A stretch of DNA of 64,000 bases from Amoebophrya sp. A120. Its lineage: Eukaryota; Protista; Dinoflagellata. The notes beneath the pieces are model-generated. The model saw only the letters and a program-made list of their open reading frames with translations. It was not told the DNA's origin and searched no databases. Position 1 is the stretch's first letter, and every line of letters begins with the position of its first letter. Below are positions 1 through 10,971 of this stretch, in pieces. A program made the position numbers and the translations under genes. The DNA is taken from assembly GCA_905178155.1 (NCBI GenBank), contig CAJINV010000002.1:10050650-10114649 (forward strand), read 5' to 3'.

Positions 1-3000
1 CTCCCACATGGCTATTGGTCACCCCTCCGGCAGCCGATCCAGTTGTAGACAGCAGTCCCTCGATGCTGCTTCTCGCCTCGTGTCCGAACCAACTTCCGGG
101 CGCGAGGCCCGCAATGACGGTCTTTACCTGCACCTTCTTCTCGTCCAGCTCTTTCAGTTTCTCCTGCTTCGCGTTTTGCAGGAACTCCACCTCCATCAAC
201 AGCTTTGATTGCTCCTCCAAAACCTGGATCCGGTCCTGTTTCTCCTGAAACGAAAATTGCAGGTCGTGCTTCTCCTTCCTCAATTTCGCGACTTCCCTCT
301 CCAGCTCGTTTTTCCGCGTTTGCGTTTCCGCCCCCGCGGTCTGGGTCTGCTGCTGCACCTTCTGCAATTCGCTCTGCACCTGCTCGTACTCGCGCTGCAC
401 TTTTTGGTAATTCTGCTGTTCCTGAAACAGCTGCGCCTTCCGCTGCTGCAGCTCGCGCTCCCGCGCGCGTTGCGACTCGCACTGGATCCGCGCATCCTGC
501 GCTTTCTTGCCGATCCCCTGCACGTTCTGTCTTTTTTGCTCCAGTTCCGCCGCCTGCCCCTTCTGCAGCTGCTGCAACTTCGCGCCGTGCTTCAGGCACA
601 GCTGCTGCAGCGCGCGCATCGTCTCCCCGTCGTGGTGCTGTAGTTGCACGAGGGTTTGCTGGTTCTTGTTCTGCACCCCCGCGGAGGAGGAGGAGGAGGA
701 GGCTCCTGCAGATGGTGTAGAAGTAACAGTGTTGTACACCTGTCGCTGCAGAACTTGTTTCATCTTTTGGTCCAACTCCCCCTCCAAAACGGCTTTGAGC
801 GAGCAACTTTGCACCAAGCTAGCACCGACCTGCGACATCAGTTGCGACGCTTGCGGCTGGCTCCCGAGCATGGCGGCCAAATTCTGTTCGCTGTCCTTCC
901 CAACAGTCGTCAAAATCTCTCCGCGCCACAGCTCCTCGCGCCGCTCGTTTCGGGTTTTCAGCAAATCGCCCGCGGCGGCGACCTCGCCGATCTCCGAGCG
1001 GAGCTGCTTCACCGTTTGCTGAACCTGCTGAAACTCCTGGTTTGCCAAGTGTTCCTCCTGGTCGAGCTTTTCCTTTTTCTTCCCCAGCTCGGGGATGGTC
1101 GTGTCTGTCAAGTTATCAAATGTAAAAATGTCTGGGTCTGGAAGATTGCCAGGTTTGTCATGCACATTTTGCATGACTCCTGATGTCTGTGATGCCTGTC
1201 CTAGCATCACAGATTTTGTGAGGGCTTCCTGATGCCTATACCGCATGACAAATGCTCTCTCCGTGTAGCAAAACTTGGACTCTCTTTGCTGCTCATGCAA
1301 TACAGATTTTTTTTTAGAATCCAAAATCTGCATGACAAGTTGGATTCTTCCAGACCCAGACATTTTTACAGTTGATACAAGTCTTTGCTTTCTTCCTCCA
1401 GGTCCGTGACGATCTCCCGCGTCGTATCCTGAGCAAAAACGTCCCCACCCCAGAGTCAAGATGGGGAATCCGCTAGGCAAAACCGCCACCTCTGGTTGTT
1501 TCGCATGACAAATTTATCCTCGTAGTGTAATCCTCTTTAGCTAGTTCCGAAGCATCACAGATCTAGCATATCATGCTGATTCTAGCATTACAAATTCCAA
1601 AACAGGATAGGAAAATGGTTCTTATGGGGCTCCGCATGAGAAACTTTTTTAGCATGCAGATCTGCATGACAACTCTGGTGTGGGGACATTTTTACTCAGG
1701 ATACGTCGTGCGCCCCTCCGGCTCCACGAAGATCTGCTCGCACTTATTACAGTGAAAAATGCTCTCACCCCCAAAGTTGCAAGCATTTGTGATGCGAAGT
1801 TTCCAAATGAAAACTTTTTGTCATGCATGAAAGGACTATGAATCTTTCTGATGTAGAGTCTAGGCGTGTTTCGCATCGCTTGCATGACAAGCACCGCTCT
1901 TGCTGGGATCTTTTGCAATACAAATTATTTTTACTATTCACGATCGGAAATCTGTGATGCTGATACATGCAAGAGGGCGAATGTTTCATTTGGAAAAGTT
2001 TGCAATACAAATGCTCTGAAGTTCGGGGGTGGGGGCATTTTTCATTGTAATAGCACTCCTTCTGGCAGACGGCCACCTGCTCGCTCGTGCGCACTACAAG
2101 CACGTGCAGCTTCTCGATTTCCTGCTTCTTCGCGGAAAACTTGTGCAGCACCATCTCCCGCTTCTGCTTCTCGTGCTGGAACTGCTTCAGCGCCTTGGTG
2201 ACCTTGTGCAGGTGCTCGACCTCAAACCGGTTTCGGTCCGCCTGCAGCTGGTCGATTTTAGCCTTCAACCGGTGCGCCTCCTGCTGGTGGCTCCCCAGCA
2301 GCTGCACCTGCCCCTTCTGCAGGGTGGCCTTCTTCGACAGCTCTTGACGAACTTGGGTGATGTTCTGCAGCGCACGCGTGTACCGCGTGGACCCGAAAAT
2401 GTCGTCGAACTTCTTCTTCAGCGTCTGAGAAGTCAGAGAGAAGCGAGATTTTCATTTTCAGTAGTGTTGTACATAGGGATAATTTAAATTTACGTTAAGT
2501 ATTTCTTTTGTGACTGATTCACTGTCTGTCGAAGGGAAAACGGTTGATACATCGCGTGTTTCATCTTCGTATTGAAAAACTCATTATTATCAAATGCCTT
2601 CTGTTCCATTAGCGGCCAGTTGCTTTCTTCCTGGTGGCAAAAGATCACGTTTTCCAGGATGGCTTTTTCGACGCCCATAAACTGCGGCACCAACTGGTCC
2701 ATTTCGGATACCCGTGTGGTGTGCGAGTTGGTTCCCTGCTTCATGCCGACACGGGTTCGCTCTTCGGCCGTGCCGCCCTTACAAAACTGCAGTGTGCAGT
2801 CCATCGCCTTGTAGGACGCCTTTTTGGTGCCTGGAATGGATAAAAAATTGCAACTCGGCCTTGAATCTTCAAGGCTAGAAATTATATCGAGAGTTGAGGA
2901 GGCACATTTGTCCCTGGATATCATTAGAAACACTGCACGTCGTAAAGTCGACAGGGCAGCATCGATGAAAACAGCGTGAAAACTTTGTGATGGCACGAGT

Positions 3001-3388
3001 GTAGTACACTTGTGTGCTTCGTACTTATTAAACATCTTTTCCTATAGATGATTGTACCACCGCCCCCGATGGAGTGAAAGCTCCTGGTGCAGAGCAGCTG
3101 CCGCTCTTCGGGCGTGTCTTTCTGGCCCCGGGAAAACATCATTTTGATCTGTCCCTTCACCTCCTGCAAGCGGGCCCACTTCGGATCGTGGATAAACGCG
3201 CTCCCGGAACCGACGTTGGGCGGCAGTGCGCCGCAGGAGGCCATTTTGAGGCACTCGATGATGGTGGTCTTCCCGCACCCATTCTGGCCCACGATGAGTG
3301 TGACGGGCCGGTCGAACCCGATCTTCTGCTGCTCATCAAAGTGGAAGGACCGAATCCCCTGAATCGCCAGCTTCTCAATCGTGCACAT
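1..3388 (-). CDS. RAD50: DNA repair protein RAD50 (SMC-like ATPase), 5' part; runs off the left end of the window; multi-exon
   Basis: MCTIEKLAIQGIRSF, Walker A GQNGCGKTTIIECLK, AILENVIFCHQEESNWPL, TLKKKFDDIF, then coiled coil. GT-AG intron ~2831-3057, GC-AG intron 2425-2597 and three introners (1114-1377, 1425-1703, 1745-2052), whose removal restores ...CQKECEQIFVEPEGRTTREIVTDLEEESKDLTDTTIPEL... Confidence 0.95.
1114..1377. mobile_element. Introner element, family A1 (non-canonical intron in RAD50)
   Basis: TIR TATCAAATGTAAAAATGTCTGGGTCTGGAA / TTCCAGACCCAGACATTTTTACAGTTGATA; TSD CAAGT (1109-1113, 1378-1382); frame restored on removal. Confidence 0.95.
1425..1703. mobile_element. Introner element, family B (in RAD50)
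   Basis: TIR TATCCTGAGCAAAAACGTCCCCACCCCAGAGT / ACTCTGGTGTGGGGACATTTTTACTCAGGATA; TSD CGTCG; same family as 45518-45796. Confidence 0.95.
1745..2052. mobile_element. Introner element, family C (in RAD50)
   Basis: TIR TATTACAGTGAAAAATGC / GCATTTTTCATTGTAATA; TSD GCACT; reverse-complement relative of 25484-25788. Confidence 0.95.
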
Positions 3389-4321
3389 GATGGACGGCAA
3401 CCACGGAACGTTGTATAGCGGACTTGTGGTTGCTTGAGACGCTGCACTTTGACTGAAAAAAAACTTTACAGCAATTCGTTGTTGTGCGGGGCTGAGGGAA
3501 GAGCGTAGCTACCGCTGTGCCATGACAGGCTGTGCCACTGACGCGAGTCTAGACGCCGAAGCGGCTTACTTGAACATTAAAGGTAGGAACAGCGCAAACT
3601 AGTAGGTTCATTTCTACTTCGAATAATCAGGAGATCGGGCCACTACGGTGTAGGCATACAAACTAGAACATGGGAATTTACTCTGCGCCTGAAAGAGTAA
3701 AGCTACCTGGAACTGCCTACGGGTTTGAGGTCGAAGTAATTTCTAAAGAAAATCAATGTGAACTGTGGTACTGCGAAAAAAATCGGCACAGACGAAAAGT
3801 TTTTTTCGCAAAAAGTCCAGCTTTGGTGCATGTTCAAAACAAGAAACAGAATCGAAGATCGTCTTTTGCTTGAAGCGTCTTTGCGGACAACAGTGCGAAC
3901 CACTTTTAAGAACATACATAGCCCTTTGTTCCTTGACCAAAATCACAGCCTTTTCTTTCGCCACAGTCAGCTGCGAGAACACGTTTAGCCATTCGTTTAG
4001 GTGAATTGAAACTCCTTCTTGATTTCAGCAGCAGGAGCGTAATTCATCATCTTAATCTTTCTTTATCGCTCTGCTGACCTGATCTCAATGCAAAACCACG
4101 TCCACCATACTTCGCAAAATCCTGACCGAGGTGTTTTTGTTTCTCGCCGTGCTAAGTCCCTTGGTACAATTTCACGTAGGGGCCCGCCTCAAGTTGCAAT
4201 GCAGCAATAGCTGCGGCTAAGTGCCCGAGAGACAAAACACCGCATGATAATCATGCCGAAGAAGTGAAAAAGAAAAGAAGTTCAGCAAAGTTCGGCTCTG
4301 AGGAAACAGACATCAATCTTT

Positions 4322-7300
4322 CTATGCGCTCAAATGCTGCTCAAGAACATAGGCGAGATCTGGGTCGCCGCATGGTGACTCGTCCACGAAAGGAATGGCG
4401 TCCATCGCCCGGCCGCTGCGCGCCTTCCGCCGAAGAATTATGCGTGGTTTCGTCCCCAGCACCGCACCCGGTTGTGCCCCGTCCCCCGCCGGCGTTTCCT
4501 GCGCGTAAAAGACATCGGCGTCGACCATGCCGGGGGCTGCGGAGCTCGTTTTTGACGACGCAGTTCTTTTCGAAGAAGAGTCTAACATCCGCAATTGCTG
4601 TTCAGCGAGGGACATCGTCCCAAAGTCCTCAGTTTTTGAACCACTGCTGCCTCTACCAGCCGGAACGCTCGCGGCACGACTCGTTGCGCTGGTCAAGAGG
4701 CCGGCGTTGTACTTCAGGCTCGCACCCGGAGTGAATAGAGGTACAGCACTAGAAGAGATGGCCCCGGAGGTTGAAGCTGCACCGGTTGTAGTGGCCAAAT
4801 CCAGTCCTTGCCCCGCCGTCCAGAACTCTTTAATCTTGCTCTCGCACTTGAGTTTTTTCGTCCCGCTGGACAGTTCCGGCTTGAAACTGCAGTCCTCGAT
4901 TTCCATGGACTCCCGCATGCTGCTGACGTTGCGCAACTTCTCTTCCCGCCGCACCTGACTGGTTTTCAGGCGCGTGTAGAAATTCTGGTCGGCAAACGAG
5001 TCGATCTGGTTCTGGTGCTTCCCGCGCCAGTAGCTACAGCGGGACGTCGTGGAGCCCTTACTACTTCCATTGTGTCCGCCTTCTGACCTTGACCGGCTGG
5101 TCTGCCCATAGAGAAACACCTTTGGCTGGAACGTGCAGTCCTTCATCTGCTTGCGCTCGAGCTCCTCCCGCTTTCGTTCGATGGACAGCTGTCTCCGCTC
5201 CTGCTGGCGGGTGGTGCGGTACCCAATATTTCCCACGTTCTGCACCAAGCGATCGCTGGCGGGGAGTGTTTTCTTCGAGTTCGCGAGACGAAGAAAGGCC
5301 TGGTTGTAATCGAAAAGTGAACGTTTCAAGATATAGTAGAAGTACTGGCGCTTGTTTATACTCTCTAATATGTGTCAAGCGATGAACATGCGAGAAAAGC
5401 AGACATATCGAAGAGGCAGCCTAATCAATGCTCTATTCGAAAAAACGCATCCTCTTTAAGTACATTCTCGCGACTTGTTTTGTGCTTTTGCACGAGCGAC
5501 TGGTGGCGTTTCTGGTAGCTGCGGCCCATGTAGGTCAGCCGCTCCGCTACGTTGGCGAAGTTGGCGCGACTGGAACCCAGTAGCTCCTTCGTCTTTCTTC
5601 TTGTCAGGTTGAGCCTCGGGGTAAACGTCGACTCGTTTGGCGAGAGAGGAAGAAACTTCCGATAGTGCGACTTGGAGCTCTTCGCCGTCGTCGTGGAGAT
5701 GCAAATGGAGTTCTCCGAGCATGTCGTCGCCGCCGTACCTCGCGCGCGGATCTCCTGGACAATGCTGTCCAGCGAAGAGAGGCCCCTGTGCGGAATTGAA
5801 AGTTGTGAATTAGAAAATGTTCACAGCAGTTGGAAAGTCAGTTCTTAAAATTGCTAACGAGGATAAAAGACAAAGACTCACGCAAAGACTTGTCAGAGAG
5901 CATAGACAGCAGCACAGAGCACATCTTCAATTTCAGCAAAAATATTTTCCATAACGACCGCAAGGGACAATTTTTACTGCGTCGTCGCCTTCTGGATGAT
6001 GCGGTCTCGTTCGGCCGGGGCCTTTCCAAGCAGATCCGCCTCGAGTTCCGCCTTGAGCTCTGCCAAGCTTTTTTCCTTTCGCGTTTCCGCAACGACCTCC
6101 ACCTCCGCGTCGGTGGCCACATTTTCCTCCTCATTGTAGAACTGAAACGGGCGGTGGGATACGGCTTGCTGCACCACGTGGGTTCCCGAGCTCGTCGCCC
6201 CAACGGGTGCTCCGGCAGTCCCTTCTTGATTTGCCGTGGCAGAGGCGGATGCGGAGTACTCCTCGTCATAGTCCTCGTAAGTGGTGGAAACATTGTGCGA
6301 GCTGTCCAGGAGAGAGTCTCTCATCTGGATCACTCGGTGCCCCCGCGCATCGTACCCGACAACGATAGCCGCCGATGTGTCGGATTTTTTGTTGGAACAA
6401 GCGGACAAGAAACCAGGGTTATTTTTCAGTGCAACGCCGCTAGAAGACGATGAGGGATGGAAGCCTATTACCGTTGGTGTGCCGCCCAGACTCGCGCTCC
6501 GCGGGTTGGCGCTGTTCCGCGTGGAAAGATGAAACGCCGCGGTTCGCTTCGGCGGTTGGAATATGGTTTGCGGTCGCTGTTCCACGCCGTTCCCGTCGAA
6601 CTTGGGAAGCTGCTTGGGGCGCTCCAGCACCTCCTTATCAAATGTAAAAATGTCTGGGTCTGGAAGGATGCAAGGTTTGTTATGCCCACTCTGCATGACT
6701 CCTGAAGTCTGTGACGCATGCTCTAGCATCACAGATTTTGTGAGGGCTTCCTGACGCCTATACCGCATGAGAAATGCCCTCTCGCTTTGGCAAAAACTGG
6801 ACCTCTTTTGCTGTTCATGCAATACAGATTTTTGTAGAATCCAAATTCAGCACCACAAGTCGCATCCTTCCAGACCCAGACATTTTTGCATTTGATACTC
6901 CTGGATGTGCTGCAAGTCCCGCATGGCGTTCTGCAGTATGACCTGCTCCAGCGTTACAATCTCAAACGTTACAATAGAATCTGGGATTTGTCTTGCTCTT
7001 GCGTAATGAGCATGACAGACTCGCAGACCATTCCACTTTGTGCAACACAAATTTCGGCAGATTGTAGTGCGGTTTGGGACTCCGGAACTTGTTATGCGCA
7101 GTCCTATGAGACTTGGCTAGATCATGCACTTCTTGCATCACAGATTTCGGAATTCTATTGTAACGTTTGAGATTGTAACGCTTGAGCAGGTCATATGCAG
7201 CAAGCCGGTCTTCTGCTTCTGCATCTTCCAGTGCCGCTTCCGCACCTGGGACTCCGTGGCCACCGGCACAACGTACTGCTTCAGGGAGTTTTGGTCCGTC

Positions 7301-8289
7301 TCGGGCAGGCGACCGCGGACCGCCGAAGATTTGCTCGTTGTGCCGGACGCGGCGAGGGCCGTGCCAACGCTGGCCTTGCTGTTGAGCCTGCTACTGCTAG
7401 CCTTGCTTGTGGTCGTAGTTCTGTGCGGATCGACGCCACCAGTCTTCGAGGATCCTCGGCGGTGGTATCCGGGCCGGCGGTTCAGCGGAACGAAAATGTC
7501 GCGACTGGCTTCGCGGCGCAGATCCTCGATGTTTTTGCTGGTTTGCTCCATACTATGGTCCACCACCAGCAGCTGGCGCCCGTCCGGACACGTCATGCCG
7601 GCAGACAACGTGGAACTGTCGTTTGCATCGTCGAGGGGGAAGGACGTGCGTTCCGTGCCTCGCGCCCGCGGGGTGGAGGTGAGGCTGGAGTAGGAGTTGG
7701 CCTTCGTGAAGTAGTCGAAAGACGAAGTTTTGCTGTTCTTGTAGACAAAATTCACGCTGCTTGCCCTTGCGCTTTTGCTTCCAGAAGATGTAAACGCCGG
7801 GCCTGAGTGTCGTGAAACCAACCCGCTACGAGACTGCGCATTCCGGTCCGCAACATTGTTGGCTGAGCTCGGACTACTCTTGCTGTTTCCAGAAATTAAA
7901 GGCGGGTCTCCAGTGCTGCGCAGCCCGCGAAGAAATTTTGCGGTTGGTCCACCGGGCGTGTCGTCATAGGCTGTAAGGGTGAGGTTTGCCTTCTTGTTTT
8001 TCGGCCGGGCGGACGGCCGCGTCGGGGGTTTGATGCTGACATCAAATTCGGACGCGTGGCCGCGCGATGGTTCTTGGTAGCGGTATTCGTAATCGGGCCG
8101 GGCGCTCGAACTACTGCTGCTCCTCTCGTGCTGCGCCACGGTGTGGTGCGGCTGTGCGAATACATGTGAACTCGTCCCGACGGCATGCGCATCCTGAGCA
8201 GGCGCCGGTTGGTATTCGAAAGCACCGAGGTCCGGGTCCAAAGCCTTCACCTCCTGTGCCAAACTTCGAATTTCCGCTGCGGTAAGCAT
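4322..8289 (-). CDS. Hypothetical multi-exon protein (Ser-rich, coiled-coil, CTFxPK-type repeats in the C-terminal part); 3' exon junctions uncertain
   Basis: ORFs 7138-8289, 5974-6822, 5456-5722 and 4322-5329 are co-oriented. Removing introners 6937-7195 and 6636-6897 joins KTGLLQNAMRDLQHIQEVLERPKQLPK in frame. The link to the 4322-5329 exon could not be resolved. Confidence 0.6.
6636..6897. mobile_element. Introner element, family A1
   Basis: Family-A TIRs (TATCAAATG... / ...GCATTTGATA); TSD CTCCT; frame restored. Confidence 0.95.
6937..7195. mobile_element. Introner element, family D
   Basis: ~44-bp TIR TATGACCTGCTCCAGCGTTACAATCTCAAACGTTACAATAGAAT / ATTCTATTGTAACGTTTGAGATTGTAACGCTTGAGCAGGTCATA; TSD TGCAG; frame restored. 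Confidence 0.95.
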
Positions 8290-9174
8290 ATTGATTTTTG
8301 TTCATGTGGCGTTACCTACTCCGTCCAGAAGCAGTGCGAAAAAATTTGAGTCGCGAAACTCGCTTACACTTCTTCGGAACAGGATCTTGTTTCGCAGTAG
8401 AAAGACCGACCACGTACGGCTCGGCGCAAACGAGACAAAAAGCACGACCATTACAGACCTACATCTGCGTGTCAACGAGCTTCGTGACAATCGTTTCAAG
8501 TAGCTCTCAAGAGACAACACTCATAACTGACGAGCACGAGCTGCGATCAAAGCTCAGAATTCGTGTCGTGACAAAACGCCTTCGTTTCCTTGCTCTTGAT
8601 CTTTCCGAACTCCAACTCCACGAGCGAATAACAACAATTTGACGAATGCGAGTCACAATTTCGGACCAAGCGAAAGTAGTCAACTGCTTCACACGTTTAT
8701 ATCGGGCAAACGCAAGACATCAAAAAAACTTGTCAGCACAAGACAGGGATTCGAGTTCCACATCTTACATGCACAGAGCTTGCATGTGGATGTTCCTGCC
8801 CGATTTCGTCAACAGATTTTTCCCCCGCAGAGAATTTCCTTTCTCCTGCCAATCTGTCGCAGAGGACGGGGGACGCGGGCTGCAACTGCTGGAACGTAAC
8901 TGTGTCGGGTAGCTAAATTCGGGGGAAATCACAAGCAGAAACCAAAGAGTGAGGTGTTGACTTTTGCCTACATTATACATTCGTAGAAAGGGAAAAGCGC
9001 AGTAGTTGAACATGAGAAACTAAAGTCGAAAGATAACTACTCTGTGTGTACTTCTGATACTTCGTACTACTTGCTTCTACATCTACTTACACTGGAATAA
9101 TAAAAAGATTTTTACTTTCATGATCCCATCAAAGCCTATCTAAGGGAACTAACACTGCAGCGGCTTTCCTTCTT

Positions 9175-10971
9175 TTATTGCGGAACAATGTCGATGTTCA
9201 ACCGGTGGCTCGCCGGTTGTTTGCGCAGCTCCGCGATGTGCAGCTGTGCATCGCAGTTCGTCATCCTCTCTTCGCGGCTCAAGGTGTTCTTCAGATGCAC
9301 AACATGTCCCCTGTCCCCTTGCTTCAGTGCGGGGAACAGGGAACCACTCTGCCGTGCACTCCCGGGCGCCGAGGACAATTCCGCCGGGCGGAAACGCAGC
9401 AGCTCGTCCAGTTTCGCGAGGTTCCCGTCGACGCTTTTCAAATCTCCCGGGTTTGGTGCCGCATTGTACATCTGAAGATAGTGCTGCGCGCAGGCGAAGA
9501 GGAGAGTCGCGGCCGATCCGCCGAGGGAGTGCCCCGCTAGGTCCAGCTCGGAGCAGGTTGCCAGCGCGTTGGCCATCGGGGGTAGTCCGCACCGAAGCGC
9601 CTGGTCCGCCTTGTTCGCGTAGCCCGAGTGCACCTGCTTCAGCGCCCCGCACCACTGGTTCTTAGGCGTGCTCTCAAGCAAATTCGAAGATACCAGCTCA
9701 TCCACGCTGTTCGTTGGCGACAGAGCGAGCACGCAGCGCCGGGTCGCGGTGTCTTGGGACAGTGAGACGATGTCTTCATCCAGAAGCACGTCGGTCCCGA
9801 AATGGCGCGTTAACAGGGACACGCGCGCGATAGGCCGGATCCGGAAGTAGGTGTGGCCGGGATCGAGAATTGTTTTCATCAATCCGTCCGGCCCACGGTC
9901 CTCTCCGCCACCCGTCGTCGGGTACATGAGCGCCGGGTCGCGCCCCTTTTGCGGGAACACCAGATGCGTGTACGCCTGGCTCCGCTCCACCCGGTGCGCT
10001 TGCTCCAGATCCTTTGCGGTCGCGTTGTAGCCCTTCGCGACCGCCACGGCGCGCAACAACCCAGTAAAATACGCCGGCTCCATGTGCAGGTACGGGTCGG
10101 TCATGGGCGAGAACAACTCGCGCAGCGATTGTTCGGCGGCTGGTAGCACGGCGAGAGCATCGGGCGCGTCCCCGGTGGACAGGTAATTTGTGGCGGGCAC
10201 CAGATCCGCAAGCGGCAGCTGTTGCTCCACGATCTTCTCGTACACCGCCCCCCAGTCGCCGCCGGTGATCCCCCCGTGCTTCGGATTAGCCAGCACGAGC
10301 TGAAGCGCGTCCATGGTTGGGTGGTACCAGTCGCCCAGTAGAAAGCTGGACTGCGCACCAAAATCCGTGTCGTGCGGCTCGAGGCAGTTTCCCGCGGAAC
10401 CGGGAGGCGACCTGGTGCGCGGGGGTTCCCAAAAACCGGGCGCAATTTCCCCGCACTGCTCTGTCCACACCCGAAGGCCCGGTAGTGAAGCGTTTTCCGG
10501 AATGGCATCCGACAGCCAGTTCTTGTCTTGTGTAATTTTAGGGGCGCCGAAGGTGTACACTTCGGCGATTCGTGGCTGCGTCACGAGCTGCCCCGCATCT
10601 TCACCGGAAGGAGCGGGGCCGCTTCCCGGTAGACTGGAAATCTGCTCGGCAAACGAACTCGCTCCTTGTTTCGCGGACTCTTGCTTTTCTGCTCGCGGTG
10701 CGGTTCCTGTGGATGTTGTGCGCACATTTTGGTTGTTTTGCGCCTTCACAACCTCCTCAATATCTGCATCATCGCTACGGTGCCAGCGGGAGGAAAGTTG
10801 CCGCGACTCGCTCGAAGTGATTTGCAGGATTCTCGTCCCCCCAGCGGTCGACAAGCGCGTCGCGCCCGGTGGGTTGGCCCATGTGGGATGCACGAGCAGC
10901 AGGGCGTACCAAACAAATTCGCGCCATCCGCTACTTGTGCGGGGGGTTCCCCGATGTACTTCTACTTTCAT
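9175..10971 (-). CDS. Lipase class 3-like alpha/beta hydrolase with permuted motif order; possible signal peptide
   Basis: GHSLGG nucleophile elbow, VHSGY, EVYTFGAPK, DWYHP; hydrophobic N-terminal segment FVWYALLLVHPTWA; single 598-aa ORF. Confidence 0.8.
   Translation of the reverse strand: MKVEVHRGTPRTSSGWREFVWYALLLVHPTWANPPGATRLSTAGGTRILQITSSESRQLSSRWHRSDDADIEEVVKAQNNQNVRTTSTGTAPRAEKQESAKQGASSFAEQISSLPGSGPAPSGEDAGQLVTQPRIAEVYTFGAPKITQDKNWLSDAIPENASLPGLRVWTEQCGEIAPGFWEPPRTRSPPGSAGNCLEPHDTDFGAQSSFLLGDWYHPTMDALQLVLANPKHGGITGGDWGAVYEKIVEQQLPLADLVPATNYLSTGDAPDALAVLPAAEQSLRELFSPMTDPYLHMEPAYFTGLLRAVAVAKGYNATAKDLEQAHRVERSQAYTHLVFPQKGRDPALMYPTTGGGEDRGPDGLMKTILDPGHTYFRIRPIARVSLLTRHFGTDVLLDEDIVSLSQDTATRRCVLALSPTNSVDELVSSNLLESTPKNQWCGALKQVHSGYANKADQALRCGLPPMANALATCSELDLAGHSLGGSAATLLFACAQHYLQMYNAAPNPGDLKSVDGNLAKLDELLRFRPAELSSAPGSARQSGSLFPALKQGDRGHVVHLKNTLSREERMTNCDAQLHIAELRKQPASHRLNIDIVPQ

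Noticed and set aside
1-3388. RAD50 and other interrupted genes as TE-disrupted pseudogenes
   Set aside because: The exons show no stops or frameshifts apart from the precisely removable elements, and conserved motifs are intact.
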